From the human T2T-CHM13v2.0 reference genome, Homo sapiens, in NCBI RefSeq assembly GCF_009914755.1, contig NC_060930.1: a stretch of DNA of 64,000 bases; one strand, written 5' to 3'. This document shows, piece after piece, positions 1-16,537 of the stretch. Each line of letters opens with the position of its first letter. Position 1 is the stretch's first letter. The notes beneath the pieces are model-generated. The model saw nothing but the letters and a program-made list of their open reading frames with translations. It did not search any database and had not been told where the DNA came from. The position numbers and the translations under genes are program-made.

Positions 1-243
1 GAGGTCAGGAGTTCGAGACCAGTCTGGCCAACATGGTGAAACCCCATCTGTACTAAAAATACAAATATTAGCTGAGCGTGGTGGCACGTGTCTGTAATCC
101 CAGCTACTCGGAAGGCTGAGTCAGGCAAATCGCTTGAACTGGGGAGGCAGAGGCGAGGCTGCAGTGAGCCGAGATTGCACCACTGCACTCCAGCCTGGGC
201 AACAGAGCAAGACTCCATCTCAAACAAACAAACAACAAAAAAG
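1..243 (+). mobile_element. AluS, cut by the window start
   Basis: Alu body followed by a (CAAA)n tail. Confidence 0.9.
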
Positions 244-358
244 GAGAATAACTTTCACCCCAGACTATAAGGGAACATGCTCTTATCTTGACACAAATTT
301 GATTTCTTCTTAAAATAGAAGGTGTGAGGGTACCTGTGCAAGAGGGACATTGAACTAG

Positions 359-653
<295 letters not shown>

Positions 654-1135
654 CAGAGCAGTCCTGATGAGCCCTCCCCGTAAGAAACTGCTGAAATGTT
701 GGGGCGGCTGTATGTTTTTGTTATAAGGAAAAGGTAACATTTGTGGAAGGCAGTACTTCACAGTGATACATTTAATGGTTGCATATTCAAATCTCAAAAG
801 AGATTACTAGTAATCTAGAGCAGGTGTTTCTTATCCCAGAAAGTTCTTAAAGTTCTCAGAATTAGTTCTCTTGAGACAAGAGCCATATTTTCCTGTAAGC
901 CAATGAATCACAATTTTTAGGATTACATTTTCTGTATAGGACAAGCCTAATTATAAGTTGCACTTAAAGTGACATTCCGTAGTAAACAGAAACTTCATAA
1001 GGAAATAAACAACCATGTTGCTTTAGATATGAGTGTTCAGTGTAAGGTGGGTTAGTTGTAAGGAGGACCTCACTGTGAACTAACACGCTGTAGTGCCACA
1101 GGCTACCCAGTAGTAGAATATAAAAGCTTTGCTCA

Positions 1136-1510
<375 letters not shown>

Positions 1511-1809
1511 TTATCTACTTCATTAGTTCTAGTTACATATATAATTCTGTGATTCAATCAGTCACTAAATATTGATTGAGCCTTACAGGTACCCTAGGGA
1601 CCAAGAGAAATACAATATAAAAATATTTCCCCAGTAAACATACGCACATAACATAGAAGACAAGATTTATGGAGTTCAGTCTTATGCAATTATATCCAGT
1701 CAACATATATTGAATCCTCAGCATGTACAAGGCTGTATCTAAACTTTATAAAAGAAAACAGAAATGCCATTTGGCCTTTTAGTAATTGTCTCTGTAAAAC
1801 TTGATGAAT

Positions 1810-2128
<319 letters not shown>

Positions 2129-2807
2129 TGATGAAATTAATATGAATCATAAAATCCCCCTTGAAATTCTCAGTTGTTTGAAAATTTATTCCCAAAAACC
2201 ATAATGGGAATATTCACCCAAGTCTCTATGGAGGTTTCACTCTTGATAGATTTTTCATCAGTTTTTCAAATACTGAATCTCCGTTTTGATATAATTTATG
2301 TTGTTGCATAACCCTTTCATGGCCTGAAGCCACACTGAATGTTGCCACTCATGACTCGTTGTAACTTGTAGTTGAGATGTTGAAGGAATATATATATATG
2401 TATTTGAAGATGTTTAAGGTGGTTCCATTTTTTTGCAAATCAGAAGCATTATTTTGGCTAGATTTTGATACAAGGATTGAGAAATTTATGGTTCACTTAA
2501 GAAATCACTTTTATTTTTATTTTATTTTACATTTATTTAGCACTTAGTGTTTGTTTTTCACATAAATTTCAATTTGTATCTCATTCTATTCCTGGTAATA
2601 GTAGCAGGTATGTAAATGGGCAGTGGGGTTTTGAGAGAATAATTATTTAATAAATTATAGTTACACCTACAGCATCCATGAATGAAAGAAAAAGTTGCTT
2701 TAAAAAATGATATAAAGTGATTTGATGAAGCATTTAGTGTTTCGTTTTTCAACTTAGAATTTGTACCATAGTTATGTCAGTTTGCAATGAGTTCCCTAAA
2801 AGCTATG

Positions 2808-3100
2808 CGTATCAGTCCGCCTCTCATTGCTATAAAGGAATACCTGAGGCTGGATAATTTCTAAAGAAAAGTGTATTTGGCTCAGGGTTCTTCAGGCCAT
2901 ACAAGCACAACACCAGAATCTGCTTGGCTTCTGGTGAACGAATAGAGCAAGAACCCAGTCATTACCATGGGGAGGGCAGCAAGTTCTTCATGAGGGATCC
3001 ACCCCCATGACCCAAACACCCCCGACCAGGCCCCACCTCCACCACTGGGGATCACATTTCAATATGAGATTTAGAGGGGACAGACATCCAAACTATATCA
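2808..3100 (-). mobile_element. MST-type MaLR solo LTR, internally deleted
   Basis: Ends match MST termini (gtatcagtcc...ttgctataaaggaatacctgag; ...ggggacagacatccaaactatatca); flanks ctatg/ctagg. Confidence 0.8.
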
Positions 3101-3379
3101 CTAGGATGCTAAGTCATAAAGAATACAGAGAAAGGGTCATAGGAAAATCATTACTGTTGAAAAAAGAAAAGTCGTGTTCCTTAAAGCAGCTCAGTGTATC
3201 AGAATATTGCTGAAGTTTTAATGATGAGACTCTGTAGGGAAATATTTACCATTTTGGAAACTGTAAACCTGTTGTTTGTGTTGATTTCTTGTTGAATGCA
3301 CAGTTCTTTACTTTTAATTTAGTAATTTGAGCTACTTTGGTATTTGATTAGTTTGAATCTTGTTTAGGATGCTCAAGGG

Positions 3380-4000
3380 AACTTAGAGAAGTTCAGTTTC
3401 AGTTACATTAGTGAGACTAAGTGACTTGGAGAATAGGTTCCATCCATAATGTGGAAGCTTTAAATGCCAGTTTAATAGTTTGACATTGTTCTGTTGTTAA
3501 GAGGGGACATAGGAAAACTTTTGATTGGGAGAATGACCCAAGGATTATGCTCTTGGGAGGAGGAAGAGCAGTCCAAAGGGTATTGCTGCTGGCTGAGCAA
3601 AGACACTAAGTGTAGAAATGGAAATGAGGAAACGAACAGAAGAAATATTTTGTTGGAGGAATTTAGGTCTCGATTGACCTAAATTGGAATGGATAGGGCT
3701 AACTGAAGATGCTGGGAGGGGAGTGTGGCTGTTAACAGGGAGAAAGGGGAGGAGGAAGGAGAATGTGCGGGAAAGATCAGGAGCTCATCTTACGATATGT
3801 ATTTGAGGTGCTGCTGGGACATTCTTGTGGAATGCGGGCTCAAGAGAAGCGGTAGGAGTGAAAGAAATGCATCCAGGCTCATTCGTCATTGTGCTCTTAG
3901 CACCTAGCTTGATGTGTGGCCTGAAATAATCAATGTCAGGTAAATCGAGGCCGTTGATGTAGAACATTTAGTCAAGAAGTTTGCACTTTTGGCTCTGAAG
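3380..4000. mobile_element. Degraded L2 fragment
   Basis: Purine-rich sequence with L2-like motifs; by eye only. Confidence 0.45.
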
Positions 4001-4614
4001 GAATGGATACAATAAGAGAATGAACCACCCTACCTTCCTTCCTCCCTCTTCTCCCCTTACCCCTCTCCCATTCCTTCTCCGGGCCTCTCCTTCTGCTCCC
4101 CTCTTCTTTCTATGGGGAGAGTTGAACCTGGTTGTATGAACATGCCAAAGGGAAGAGAAAAGAATGATGACGAAGCATAAAAAAAAAAAGAATAAATATA
4201 TGGGGAATCACTCCTCCCTTTTATGAAGTCTATGTAAAAACCATTGAAGAATGGTAACCGTCCCTCTTTGGAGAATGGAAAACACTGGAAGCTTGGGTCA
4301 CTTCTGGGACCCTCCTTAGCCAGGAGCACATCAGTAATATTTACAGCAGGGGCAAGTTGTCCTATAAAATTTGTGTCTGTACTTTTGTCAGTACGATATT
4401 TACTAAAAACAAAAATTATTATGTAAGGAAATAAAAGAAGCACTAAAATAATTAGGTTCTAGAACCAAGGCATGCTGAGTATTAGGTCTTAAGGCACAGT
4501 CAGAAAAAATATAATGGGAAGAATTTCTGGCGTGTTCCCATATGTATATTCATGTGGACACTTTTGTGGATGCAAATGTCTTTAGCAGAGAATTGAATGT
4601 AAGAGACTCTTAGG

Positions 4615-4830
4615 CAGTCAAGCAGAATGGTTCAGGATGAGGGCGAGGGTGAATGCAGGAAGGTGGTAGACTGGGGTAGAAACCTTGGCATTGCCACTTA
4701 TTAGCTATGTGATTATGAGCAAGTGATTTAGTCTCTCTGAGCTTCAGGTTCTCTTTCTGTAAGGAGATAAACACCATACCTACCTTTGGAGGCTGCAGTG
4801 AGAACTATGGGAAATAATATTAAAAAGTTT
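4615..4830 (+). mobile_element. MIR
   Basis: Core gccacttattagctatgtga...tctctctgagcttcagg...ctgtaa. Confidence 0.7.
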
Positions 4831-4939
4831 ATCCAACACATACTTATTGAATGCCTACAACGTGCCAGGCACTGGTCTAGGTCCTGGAGCTGCAGCAGTG
4901 AGGGAAGTGGGTAGTGTCTGCTCTTGTGGAGCTTACATT

Positions 4940-5224
4940 CTTTTTTTTTATTTTTTATTTTTTTGAGACAGGGTCTTGTTTTGTCGCCCAGGCTGGAGTG
5001 CAGTGATGCGATTTTGGCATACCGCAACCTCTGCCTTCTGGGCTCAAGCTATTCTCTTGCCTCAGCCTCCTGAGTAACTGGGTTTACAGATGCCTGCCAC
5101 CATACCGGGCTAATTTTTTGTAGTTTCTTGGCCAGGCTGGTCTTGAACTCCTGACCTTAAGTGATCCACCCACCTCGGCCTCCCAAAGTGCTGGGAATAC
5201 AGGCGTCAGCCACTGCATCCAGCC
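4940..5224 (-). mobile_element. Alu inserted in an L2 3' end (about 4830-5245)
   Basis: TSD ggagcttacattct on both sides; L2 motif ttattgaatgcctac..gtgccaggcactg upstream. Confidence 0.85.
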
Positions 5225-7584
5225 TCTTGGAGCTTACATTCTACTGAGCCCAGGAAGAGTTAATACATTTCTCAAGAGGGAATATTTTTAAAGTGCCAAG
5301 TATAATGCCTGACTGTGCATTTAATCAACATGAGTCACCACCATCGACTTCACAGAGTGCACAGTATTTTCTTATTTTTATGATGACAAATGAGTAGGGC
5401 TTCCATTGACAAATGAGTTTAGAACTTTGTATTGAGTATTTTTAATTTGAGAGAAAAAATTAATTAGTGCTATTGGTGTGTGCATGCCAGCTGAACAATT
5501 TACATACTGACATTAGTGATAATTATTTGTTTGTCTAGGAAGTTCTGATTACTCTAAAGGGGCCTGGGCACTGATTTTAATGTATTTGTGCCGCTTCCTT
5601 TCCTTCCTATTAAATAGTAAGTGCGAGGAAATAGTATCACTTTTCTGACATTTGCTTGACACAACCTGTTCTTTAAAGGGTCCCTGGGTTATGTCACACA
5701 TCTGGGGTGAAGACAAGATTGATAAAGCAATACTTAATATTAATTTTGCAGGAAATATACATAAATTAATTTTGTAGGACCGTTTTCTTTAAAAAATGAA
5801 AACCACTTAAATCAGAGGGAAGATCACTCTTCAGGTTTGACTAAGTAACTTGGTATGATCATTAATGTTGTCTGGGAGCACAGATATCTGAAAGATAAAT
5901 ACAAATAGGTTTGAACACATGCTAGCACCTGCCCTTGCAAACTTCAAGAATTTAAAGATTGATAGCAATCACCTGAGAGCCAGCAGGACAAAGGTCACCG
6001 CAGAGCCATCATGATATGGAGTGCCATAAGAGGAAGCCCACATCCATGGCTCTGTCATTGGAGTTTAACTCTTTGGGGAAACTACCCGCAAACCTCTTAG
6101 CCAAAGGCAGTCCATTAAACCTACCCACTCATTCAGAGGATTCCCTTTGGCAAGAGGAAGCTCTTTTAAAGAGAGAATTAGGGACATGCTCTCATTAATT
6201 AAAAATAAACCTTTTATTTTTCCCTAAGCCAGAAAAGCTTTGTGTAATTATAGTGTGGGGCGGTAAAGGAGATCCCACACTTCAAGCCTACATCCATCAA
6301 GGCATTTGGTTAACTGCCCAAGCAAGTCTGTCCAGGGCTTTAGAAAAGCTGGCCTTTGTCTTAGCAGGTTACAGGCATCACAGATGCCTCTTCAGTGTAC
6401 CCTCAGATGGCCCACCAGTGCCGTGACACACTCACCTATATGGACATGACATCTGGGCAGACAGGATGCAATTTGTTCCCTCCTGTTCCTCTTGAATTGC
6501 TTGTTTTCAAAAGAATAGATGAAACAAAAGCAAAGTCTTTGAGGTTTCCCTGAAACTTGGCATGGATTGCAACAAGGTTGTTTCTTTTTTTCTTTTCTTT
6601 TTTTCCTAAAGTGTCCTCTGTATCCTATTTAATAATCCCCACTAGCTGTACACTCTTTTTGAGGAATTTTCAGTGGAAGAGTAATGAGTTTAAAGTGGTC
6701 TGCAATAGGAGATACTCAAGTTTTGCTCAACTGTTAGATACAGTTTAAAAATAGCTCTTGAGTTTTGCAGCGTGGAGCACCATGTGTGAGATCCTGGACG
6801 ACATGTGTGCTATGTGTCGCAAAACCCTTCACAAGTGTTACCTAATTAACGGCACAATGTCTGACAGGTGGCAGACCCCTCAGAGGCCTGCAGGAAGAGG
6901 GGGCTCCTGCACACACGCCACCAGCTCAGAACAGTGGCTCTGTGTCTTGGGGTTGTGTTGCCTCTAGAGAGAATGTGACTTCGTTGGATTGCAACAGAAA
7001 CAGATAAATAACCCAGGATCTGCCCTGGAACACGGGGAATCATTAAGTGAGATTCATTACCATTCTTAGCAACCTTGGGTTTTTGCCACACAAGGCCAGT
7101 TATGGTTAGTTGAGCAGAAATTTGCAGGAGAGACCAGCCTGAATTTAGACCCAGCCATTGAGGGAGACCTCATTGTGGGGATTTACTGGAAAGACTCAGT
7201 CCTCCAGTAGGTAGTTGAAGTCTGGGCAAGCAGCAGGTGATGGGGACCCTCAAGACAAGATAATGGGGTAGAGGTAGCCCTGGGAAACTGAGAACAGCCC
7301 ATATTTGTGTGTCTGCTCATAGCTAGGTCTGTGAGTAGGTGGAAGAGACTCAGTCACTGAACATGGATGGGGTGGAACCCCTGCCCTGGGAGAAGACGAG
7401 GGTTATTGTGCAGTTACCAGAACAAGGCCTTGCAAAGAAGAAATGAAAACACACTTGGGTACAGGCTAGAGAGTAGGGGAGGAGGGCAGAGACTCAGGAA
7501 GCTAAAGGAAGCCTGTTATCAGCCCTGGAGCACTGACTGGGAGGGCCAGTAGATCTTAGGGTAGCAGTTAAGAGTGTGTATCCC

Positions 7585-7942
<358 letters not shown>

Positions 7943-8899
7943 TCAGACATGGTCTTGGGCAAGATGACTTAATCTCTCCATGCCTCAGTTTCCTCATTGT
8001 TTTTTTTTAAAAAAAACTGGAAATAGGCAAAGTTCCTACCTTATAAGTTTTTTTCAGATTACACGTAACGAAAAAGTGCTTAGAATGGTGTATGGCACCC
8101 AGTTAGCATTAGATAAATGTTGGCAATGATGGGAATGAAGCAAAGAAGAAGATGAAGATGGTGATAATCACGTTGATGATAACTTTGATGATGATGATGG
8201 TTATGATGAACCAGAAAGCGCTACAGAAGCACCTGAAGCTCCAGGATTGGCCCTGGCACATGTACTCAATTTATAGGTGGAGATGTTGTGATTGACAAAA
8301 GGTGGGGAAGTGGGATGCAATCTGAAAACAAACCCAGTGGTCCTAGTGGGCACTTGGTGAATACTTGGGGCTTATGAGGTATATAGATGTTTGGTAGCTC
8401 CAAAGGTGTTTGACATTGTTCTTTCTATAGTTAATTTTGACAACATCTAGGTGTAAATAACCAAATCAGCCATCATTTCAATTTTTTGTTTACCACTTGC
8501 ATATAGTTATTTAAGAGGGAATTTTCAAGAAAATAGTTAATTTACTTTTATGTATTTCCTTACCACGCCACTCAGCTTTTCCCTGGCTGCCTACTCGGGA
8601 TAAACAAGGACAAATGGCAGTCTACGTGATCCCTGACAAAACCCTTGACACATGTGGTAGAAGTTATATATAGCACTTAACATGGTTTGTGTCCTTCCGT
8701 GAACATGTTTCTGTCATTGTTTTGCTTCACTGTTGAACATACTGTCTTTCTCCTGCTTTGTCAGTCAAATTATACAATGTTAGTAACCAGCAACTAAAAA
8801 CACAGTAGGACTTTAAATGACTTCCATAGTAAGGCACTGGGCTTTATGTGTGATGGTGTCTCCGCTTCCAGTCTTCTCTACTCTTTCCTTTTTGAATTC

Positions 8900-9100
8900 A
8901 CGATACAGATATTTATTAGATACTTACTCTGAACCAGGCACTTCGCTAGGTCTTGAGATGTTAATGGTGAGCAACCGATAGCCTGTGCCCAGGGTACACT
9001 GAAGTCTGAGTACAGATAGCGTGGTGCAGTATTCCGATGGAAGCACCTGATCCAGTCTTAGGGGATCAGGGAAGGCCCAGGAGGAGGCAGCATCTTTAAT
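8900..9100 (-). mobile_element. L2 3' fragment
   Basis: atatttattagatacttact...ccaggcact..ctaggt motif. Confidence 0.6.
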
Positions 9101-11082
9101 TTCTCTAAAGTTCTGTGAAGAATACACCTTAATCTCCAGACCCCAAATCATAACCCTTCTTCCACCCTCAGATCATAACTTTGAAAGCCCTCTGCAGTTT
9201 CCATGCAGCCAGTCCTTTCCCCAAGATTGAATCTTCCTTGAAACTTACTCCCCTCCCATCTCCTGTCCATTCTGGCATTGTCACGTGGCATATTGCTCCC
9301 AACTTTATAATATTTTTGGTGAAATTTGAGAGGTTTTCTTGTTGCTCTGTGAATAATTTATGGCAAAAACAGACAAATCCTCTCCATTTCCAAAGATCAT
9401 TTTCTGTTTCAGGTAATAAGCATTTACATGTGAAGGCCATTTGTCTGGTGATTAAAATTTGGAATATTCAAAGAGAGTCTTCATAGCAACTTTCAAAACG
9501 TATAGGTAGAATATTTAAAATCTGTACTGGGATGGGATGCTAATGGTTTCTCATTCTAGCTTGGAGTTTTGGGGCAAAGGTGAGCACCCTTTTTGGATTC
9601 TCTTTATGTTTTATAGAATGAATGAAAAATTCAAGTGTTAGTGCTTTGAATTTGCATACGTTGTTTTAGGGCATGACAGAGAAAATGTGGATGACTTTGA
9701 GGTTGATGCCGTATCCCTATAGGGATTATGGCTCTTTAAAAAACAGATCTGATGGTACTCATGTAAGACTCTTGATTGTCTCTATTCTTTAAATAACAAT
9801 CATATCTCTAGGTTCACGTCATCCTTTTTAGATGACCATGTAGTATTGGGGATGCCGTCCGCCCTCCTGTCCTGTTTCTCAGCCACATCAATCATTGTGT
9901 TCAGACTCGCTGCTTTTATCTGCTCTGCTACAGACCATCCGTTTTCTGCCCTTGGAGAGCAGGTCCTAATAGGTTTCCTGTTTGTACTCTTCTGAGTTTT
10001 TGCTTGTTGGCTTTTCCTGAGAAAAAGACATGCTATGTGCTAGGGGGAAATTGGCTTAGTTTGTGTACATGGAGATTTTCTATGTAGTAATATGCATAAC
10101 CTTATATGAAATAACTGTTTTGTAATTAACACCCTGGTGGTATTTAGCTGATTGAGGCCAGTTAAGAGACAACAAGAAAATACTTTAATTCTTCCTTTTC
10201 ATGCTACAGGAAAGGAGAGTTCAACAAGGTGTTTTAAGAAAAAGGGAAAGTAAAGCAAAATTTCTGTGAGAAAAATTCTGCATTATTGATGTTTCAAAAA
10301 TCCTTATTAATATAATACAGTAAAAAAGAAGTGTGTGCGTATTGAATAATGTATCTTTAAATGACAAGTGCCCTGCAAAGATCTATGTGTAGAAAAGAAG
10401 TTTGTTATATATGATTTTAAAAAGTTAACATAGATCTTCTATGTCATGGACCTTCTATATCCCAGTTGTGGTATAGAATCTTGATAGTGTGCGTGTGTGT
10501 ATGTAAATTTTAGATCAAATCTGACTCTGGGTCTGTAGAAGGAATAACATTAAGAAAAACCGATTTTAAGCAGAAACATTTTTGTTCTGCTTTCGACTGT
10601 AAAATTTGTATATATACATTGTAGAAAATTCAGAAGGCTTAAAAAAAATAAGGATGATACTTAAGTCCTCTATTCACACTTGCAACTCAGATATAACCAC
10701 ATGCTTTTGTCTGACATACATATCTGTTCTGTAAGTATTGAGTATCTATTAAGTGCCAGACACTCTGCTGGGTCCTGAAGATACACCAGTGAAGAAAACA
10801 CACAAAATTTCCTTCCCCAGGGAGTTTACATGCCACTGTTTATATATGTATACCATATACCAAAATATACAATGACTTCAAGCTGTATGCTGAAGTCATA
10901 TGGTGGGCTTGTTCATACTCCTTAGCCTTCACTAAGGAATACCTTTCCCTTATGAATTATTGTTCCCTATTTTTTTAATCGTTATGTACCCTTTGTCTTT
11001 GTCTTTGAGTATACCATAATTTGTGTCCCCCAGTTTGAACTATTTAGGCAATTTCCAATTTTTTGTTATGATAGAAATAAGT

Positions 11083-11370
11083 GGCTGGGCACAGTGGCTC
11101 ACACCTGTAATCCCAGCACTTTGGGAGGCTGAGGCGGGTGGATCATTTGAGGTCAGGAGTTCGAGACTAGCCTGGCCAACATGGCAAAACCCCGTCTCTA
11201 TTAAAAATACACAAAAATTAGCTGGGTGTGTTGGCGCGTGCCTGTAATCCCAGCTACTCAGGGTGGCTGAGGCAGGAGAATCACTTGAACCTGGGAGGCG
11301 GAGGTTGTGATGAGCCGAGATTCCGCCACTGCACTCCAGTCTGGGTGACAGAGTGAGACCCTGTCTCCAA
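11083..11370 (+). mobile_element. AluS
   Basis: Full dimer, with tail expanded into a tetranucleotide repeat. Confidence 0.92.
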
Positions 11371-11432
11371 AAAAAGAAAAGAAAAGAAAAGAAAGGAAAA
11401 GAAAGGAAGAAAGGAAGGAAGGAAGGAAGGAA

Positions 11433-11490
<58 letters not shown>

Positions 11491-11510
11491 AAAAGAAAGA
11501 AAGAAGGAAG
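11369..11510 (+). repeat. Compound (GAAAA)n/(GGAA)n/(GAAA)n microsatellite
   Basis: Read directly. Confidence 0.95.
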
Positions 11511-11529
11511 TGACTATGAACATCTTTAA

Positions 11530-11928
<399 letters not shown>

Positions 11929-13181
11929 TGAAAGACTCTTGAAACACTGTTGACCACCTGGAAATGTTCTACAGTCTGCACTCCCACCAGCAGCACTCTT
12001 GCCCTGTTCTTATCTTATACTTCCCAGTATTTAGGGAGAAAAAGTTACCAGTTTGGAAAGTAATCTTATTGTGCTTTTAAACTATATTGCTCTCGTTATT
12101 TATAAGAGCACACATATTTTTCTATCCTTATTTGTCTGACCCATCTCTTAAAGTCATTTGCTCATTTTTCTATTTAAAGTAATGTCTTTCTTGTTTATTT
12201 ATCAGCACTTTTTATATAGTGAGCCATTTAGTCCATTATCATAATGTGGCACATTTTCTTCCAGATGGAGAATATGCATTTTTGTCCAACTTCTCTACCA
12301 GGTAAATGACGAGGAGGGAAAGGAGAAGGCCCTCCTCTTGGTATAGAGGAAGGGTTGGCTTTTCAACCAGAATCTCTCTACCTAGGCACAGCAGCAATGA
12401 CTCAGTCACTGTGATGGCAGTGCCCACAAGCACCAATGCCCAAGAATCCCATTTGTTTTGCAGACAGGGCTGCTTTTATAGTGCCAATCTATGCTTTCTG
12501 CCTGAGCTGCCAGAACCATGCGGGGTCCAAGCAGGCATGTGAGCATGGAGATGAACTCTGTTCTGGATAAACAGTACTCCACCTTGTCCCCTCCTCCCAT
12601 ATTAGTAGTCAGTGATCCGTGTGAATTTAATTGGTTTCCAGAAAGTGAGTGTTACGTGTATACGTCAGTGTGCCACTTTAGAGTTGTAGAAAGAAAAAGT
12701 TGGGCCTTGTGGCTGTGGATGAATGAACATGACCCTGACAAACAGCTGCTGTTCTGAACAGCGAGATAAATTTATGTTTAAACCACAGTAAACTATGCAA
12801 CCAGGTAATAATTTTGAGCAATGAAGTATGTTTGCTGTAGTAACCATTACAGACACAGATAAATCACAGTAATTTCAACATGGCACTTTTGCCATTCAAT
12901 AAATGGGTATTTTAAATTTCATTTGCTTTTGAACTAAGTTTCATAATTTATAGAGTAAGTCATTCAAAGATTAATGCTCAGAAGGGAGGAAAATCACTAT
13001 ACAAGAACAGAAACATGTCATTTATGTATATTACATTGGAACTTTGTCCGCCTGTGTTTCCATTATAAACCTGATTTTGCAAACATTTATAATAGACCAA
13101 TAAAAAGTTTGCCCTGGGCTAGAGTTTGCCATTTGTTTCTGAGATTCCAATTTTTATATAATTCTTTTCTTTCTCAAATAA

Positions 13182-13514
<333 letters not shown>

Positions 13515-14469
13515 CCATGTGTTTTTTAATGTGTTACATCATTATACAACATGACTAAGTCAAAAGTTTATTTATTTTAAAAGCAAATTTGTGGCTGATG
13601 ATTTCAGAATGTATTGGCTTGCAATTGATTCTGGAGCTTTTTAAAGATGGTTACACAATATTTAAAGATGGTTAGAAAATATGGTTCAGAGAATGAGAAA
13701 GTGGTTAAATGTCATGATAGCACCACATGATTTTACAATAGCAAAGACAACAATAATAGTGACACTTCATTAGTACAAAATGTGAGCTGATCTATTAGAG
13801 GAACCATTCAAATTTAGCACCTCCTGTTTGATCAGGCTGCATAATTTTGTAAATCCCTTATTCAGTCACCCAATCTGCATACTAATCAGTTCCGACGTTA
13901 TTTATATGATAACATGAAAGCCTTTAATTTTTTATATTCTCAGTTACTGTTTCTCTTGCTTAACTGCGAGCTCTTGAAGGTCAGTGACTGTTTTTTTATA
14001 CTGCCAGTACCCAGCACGTCAACTGAGTACAAACTGGTCAGGAAACACTCGTTGAATAGATGAAGACATAAATGTTTGTTCAGTTGTAGGCTGTTGCCAA
14101 CTTCGGAAGGTCGTCTGTTTCAAATGTTTGAGTGATTGGGCTAGAACTTGCAGTTCCTTCTCCCATTAAAAAAAACTCATGTAAACGATAAATTATACCA
14201 CAATAACTTAATTTCATTTCCAATGATTACACTCCAATCAAGTAGTGGAATTATAGTAGTCGGTCAGAGGTCTGACCAGTTTCTGAAGAAAAAAAAAAAA
14301 AATCCCCATCCCAGACAGCAGACAGTCCTGCAGTCAAGCTTGAATGCTCCATTGATGTGGTTTCCACATGTTGTAAGTAATTTATTCTATTGTTGGACAC
14401 CTGGCTCTGCTTGCCCTCCTCCCCCATCCTTTTTAATAAAATGATGGTGAGTCCATCTTTGTCTTTTAA

Positions 14470-14948
14470 AAAATTTTTTTTCTTTTAGAGACGGTGTCTT
14501 GTTCTTCTTCTTTTTTTTTTTTGGGGGGGGGAGGTGGGACAGGGTCTCGCTCTGTCACCCAGGCTGGAGTGCGGTGGCGCAATCTCAGCTTACTGTGGGT
14601 TCAAGTGATTCTCCTGCCTCAGCCTCCCAAGTACTTAGTATTACAGGCATGTGCTACCATGCCTGATCAATTTTTATATCTTTAGTAGAGACGGGGTTTC
14701 ACCATGTTGGCATGCTGGTCTCAAACTCCTGACCTCAAGTTGTCCGCCCACCTTGGCCTCCCAAAGTTCTGGGGTTACAGGCGTGAGCCACCATATCCGG
14801 CCAGATGGGGCTTGTTCTGTTTGCCCAGGCTGGAGTGCCGTGGTGCAATCATAACTCACTGTAACCTCTAACTCCTGGCCTCTAAGGATCTTCCTGCCTG
14901 GGCCTCCCAAAGCACTGGGTTTACTGGTGTGAGCCACTGAGTCCAGCC
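14470..14948 (-). mobile_element. Old Alu monomer with a younger Alu (about 14500-14802) nested inside
   Basis: Host sequence aga(c/t)gg..cttgttct is repeated either side of the inner Alu. Confidence 0.75.
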
Positions 14949-15100
14949 TCCTCTTAACTTTAAAATCCTTAGTCTTGATCATCCCTTTTAGAGCACTGAA
15001 AACCAGGCCAGACTTCAGGTGGGGCTCCAGATACACCTACCCCTTCACCTGCAGGCCACTGAATCTGACTAGAAGCAGCTCTGAGCAGCCTTCTTTGGAC

Positions 15101-15252
15101 CAGTAGTTCTCAAAGTGTGGCTCCTCAGCCTGTAGCATCAGTGTCACCTGGGAACTTGGTAAAAATGCAGATGAAACTCTTGGGTAGGACCCAGCAATCT
15201 GTGTTTAAGAAGCCCTCCAGGGATTGCAAGGCACTAAGTTTGAGAACCGCTG
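15101..15252. mobile_element. MER5A hAT-Charlie MITE
   Basis: TIRs cagtagttctcaaa / tttgagaaccgctg; internal catcagtgtcacctgggaacttg..aaatgcaga. Confidence 0.85.
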
Positions 15253-15949
15253 ACAGGGCTTATTGGAACATGGTCCCAGGGCAGAGCGGTGTAAGTGATT
15301 CCCATGAGCAGTACACAGGATGGGTGATGTGTACTTCAGCGGCATACTTGGTCATCATGGTCAAGGGTCCCTGAAGCTCATGGAAGAGATGAATTGAAGC
15401 TTCAGGCATGGAGTCCAAGGTGCAGTGGTCAGATGTGGTGGGAGGCAGCTCTGGACCAGCACGGCCAAGCTAGCTTCAGGATGAACACTGCATGCACAAG
15501 GTTGCACGCAAGAACTTTGTCAGTATATTGTAGTACCTAATTGAAAAATTAAACTAGATTTAAAATCTGTTATGTTTTCATAAGAGATTTCACTGTGTCT
15601 GTTAATGAAATAAGGTGCTTTTACATTCTTGAAATAGAAATTGCCGTATTTCTGTTGGCTGTAAAATGCTTAATAAATTTAAAATGGTTGTAAAAAAGGT
15701 TGAAACAATTTTTACCTCTTAGTTTGAGTAAAACTTCTTGTTACTAATAACCAACAAGAACATCAAGAGATCATCATTAAACATCTTGATCTGGAATGGC
15801 ATATAGTTCTTTCAAGCATATAGACAGTTATTTCAAAGACAATTATTTTCAAAGAAGTAAGCTCAACGTTCTTGAAAAAATTGGAAAATATTTTATTTAA
15901 AAGTATTATGTCAATTCGATATTTAATATCTTCACTAATACTCTGATTT

Positions 15950-16030
15950 TTTCTCTTTCCCCTCCCCTCCCCTCCCCTTCTCCCCTCCCATCCCCCTCTC
16001 CCTTCCCCTCCCCCTCCTCCTTTTTTTTTT
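15950..16030 (+). repeat. (CCCCT)n pyrimidine tract (G4-capable on the minus strand)
   Basis: Read directly. Confidence 0.8.
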
Positions 16031-16153
16031 TCCCTGTCCCCCTGTGTCCCCCAGGCTGGAATGCAATGGCACAATCTTGGCTCACGGCAACCTCTGCCTC
16101 CTAGGGTCAAGTGATTCTCCTGCCTCAGCCTCCGTGAGCCACTGTGTCTGGCC
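16020..16153 (-). mobile_element. Internally deleted Alu
   Basis: Jumps from cctgcctcagcctcc straight to gtgagccactg. Confidence 0.85.
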
Positions 16154-16191
16154 TGATTTTATTTTCTCAATGGTCATTAGGTATTACTTTA

Positions 16192-16537
<346 letters not shown>

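Noticed and set aside
12397-12408. TGACTCAGTCA as an NRF2 ARE
   Set aside because: An AP-1 core is present but the required GC at the TGACnnnGC position is absent; an isolated 7-mer is expected by chance.
13640-13675. Short direct repeats (tttaaagatggtta x2; also ggagagttaatg x2 at 50832-50859 and gggaacttga x2 near 62987)
   Set aside because: Ordinary slippage duplications; no array or spacer structure, not CRISPR-like.
15500-15950. Possible decayed hAT/Charlie transposase fragment (also 12800-13620)
   Set aside because: Impression only; no TIRs or intact motif that I can verify without an HMM search.
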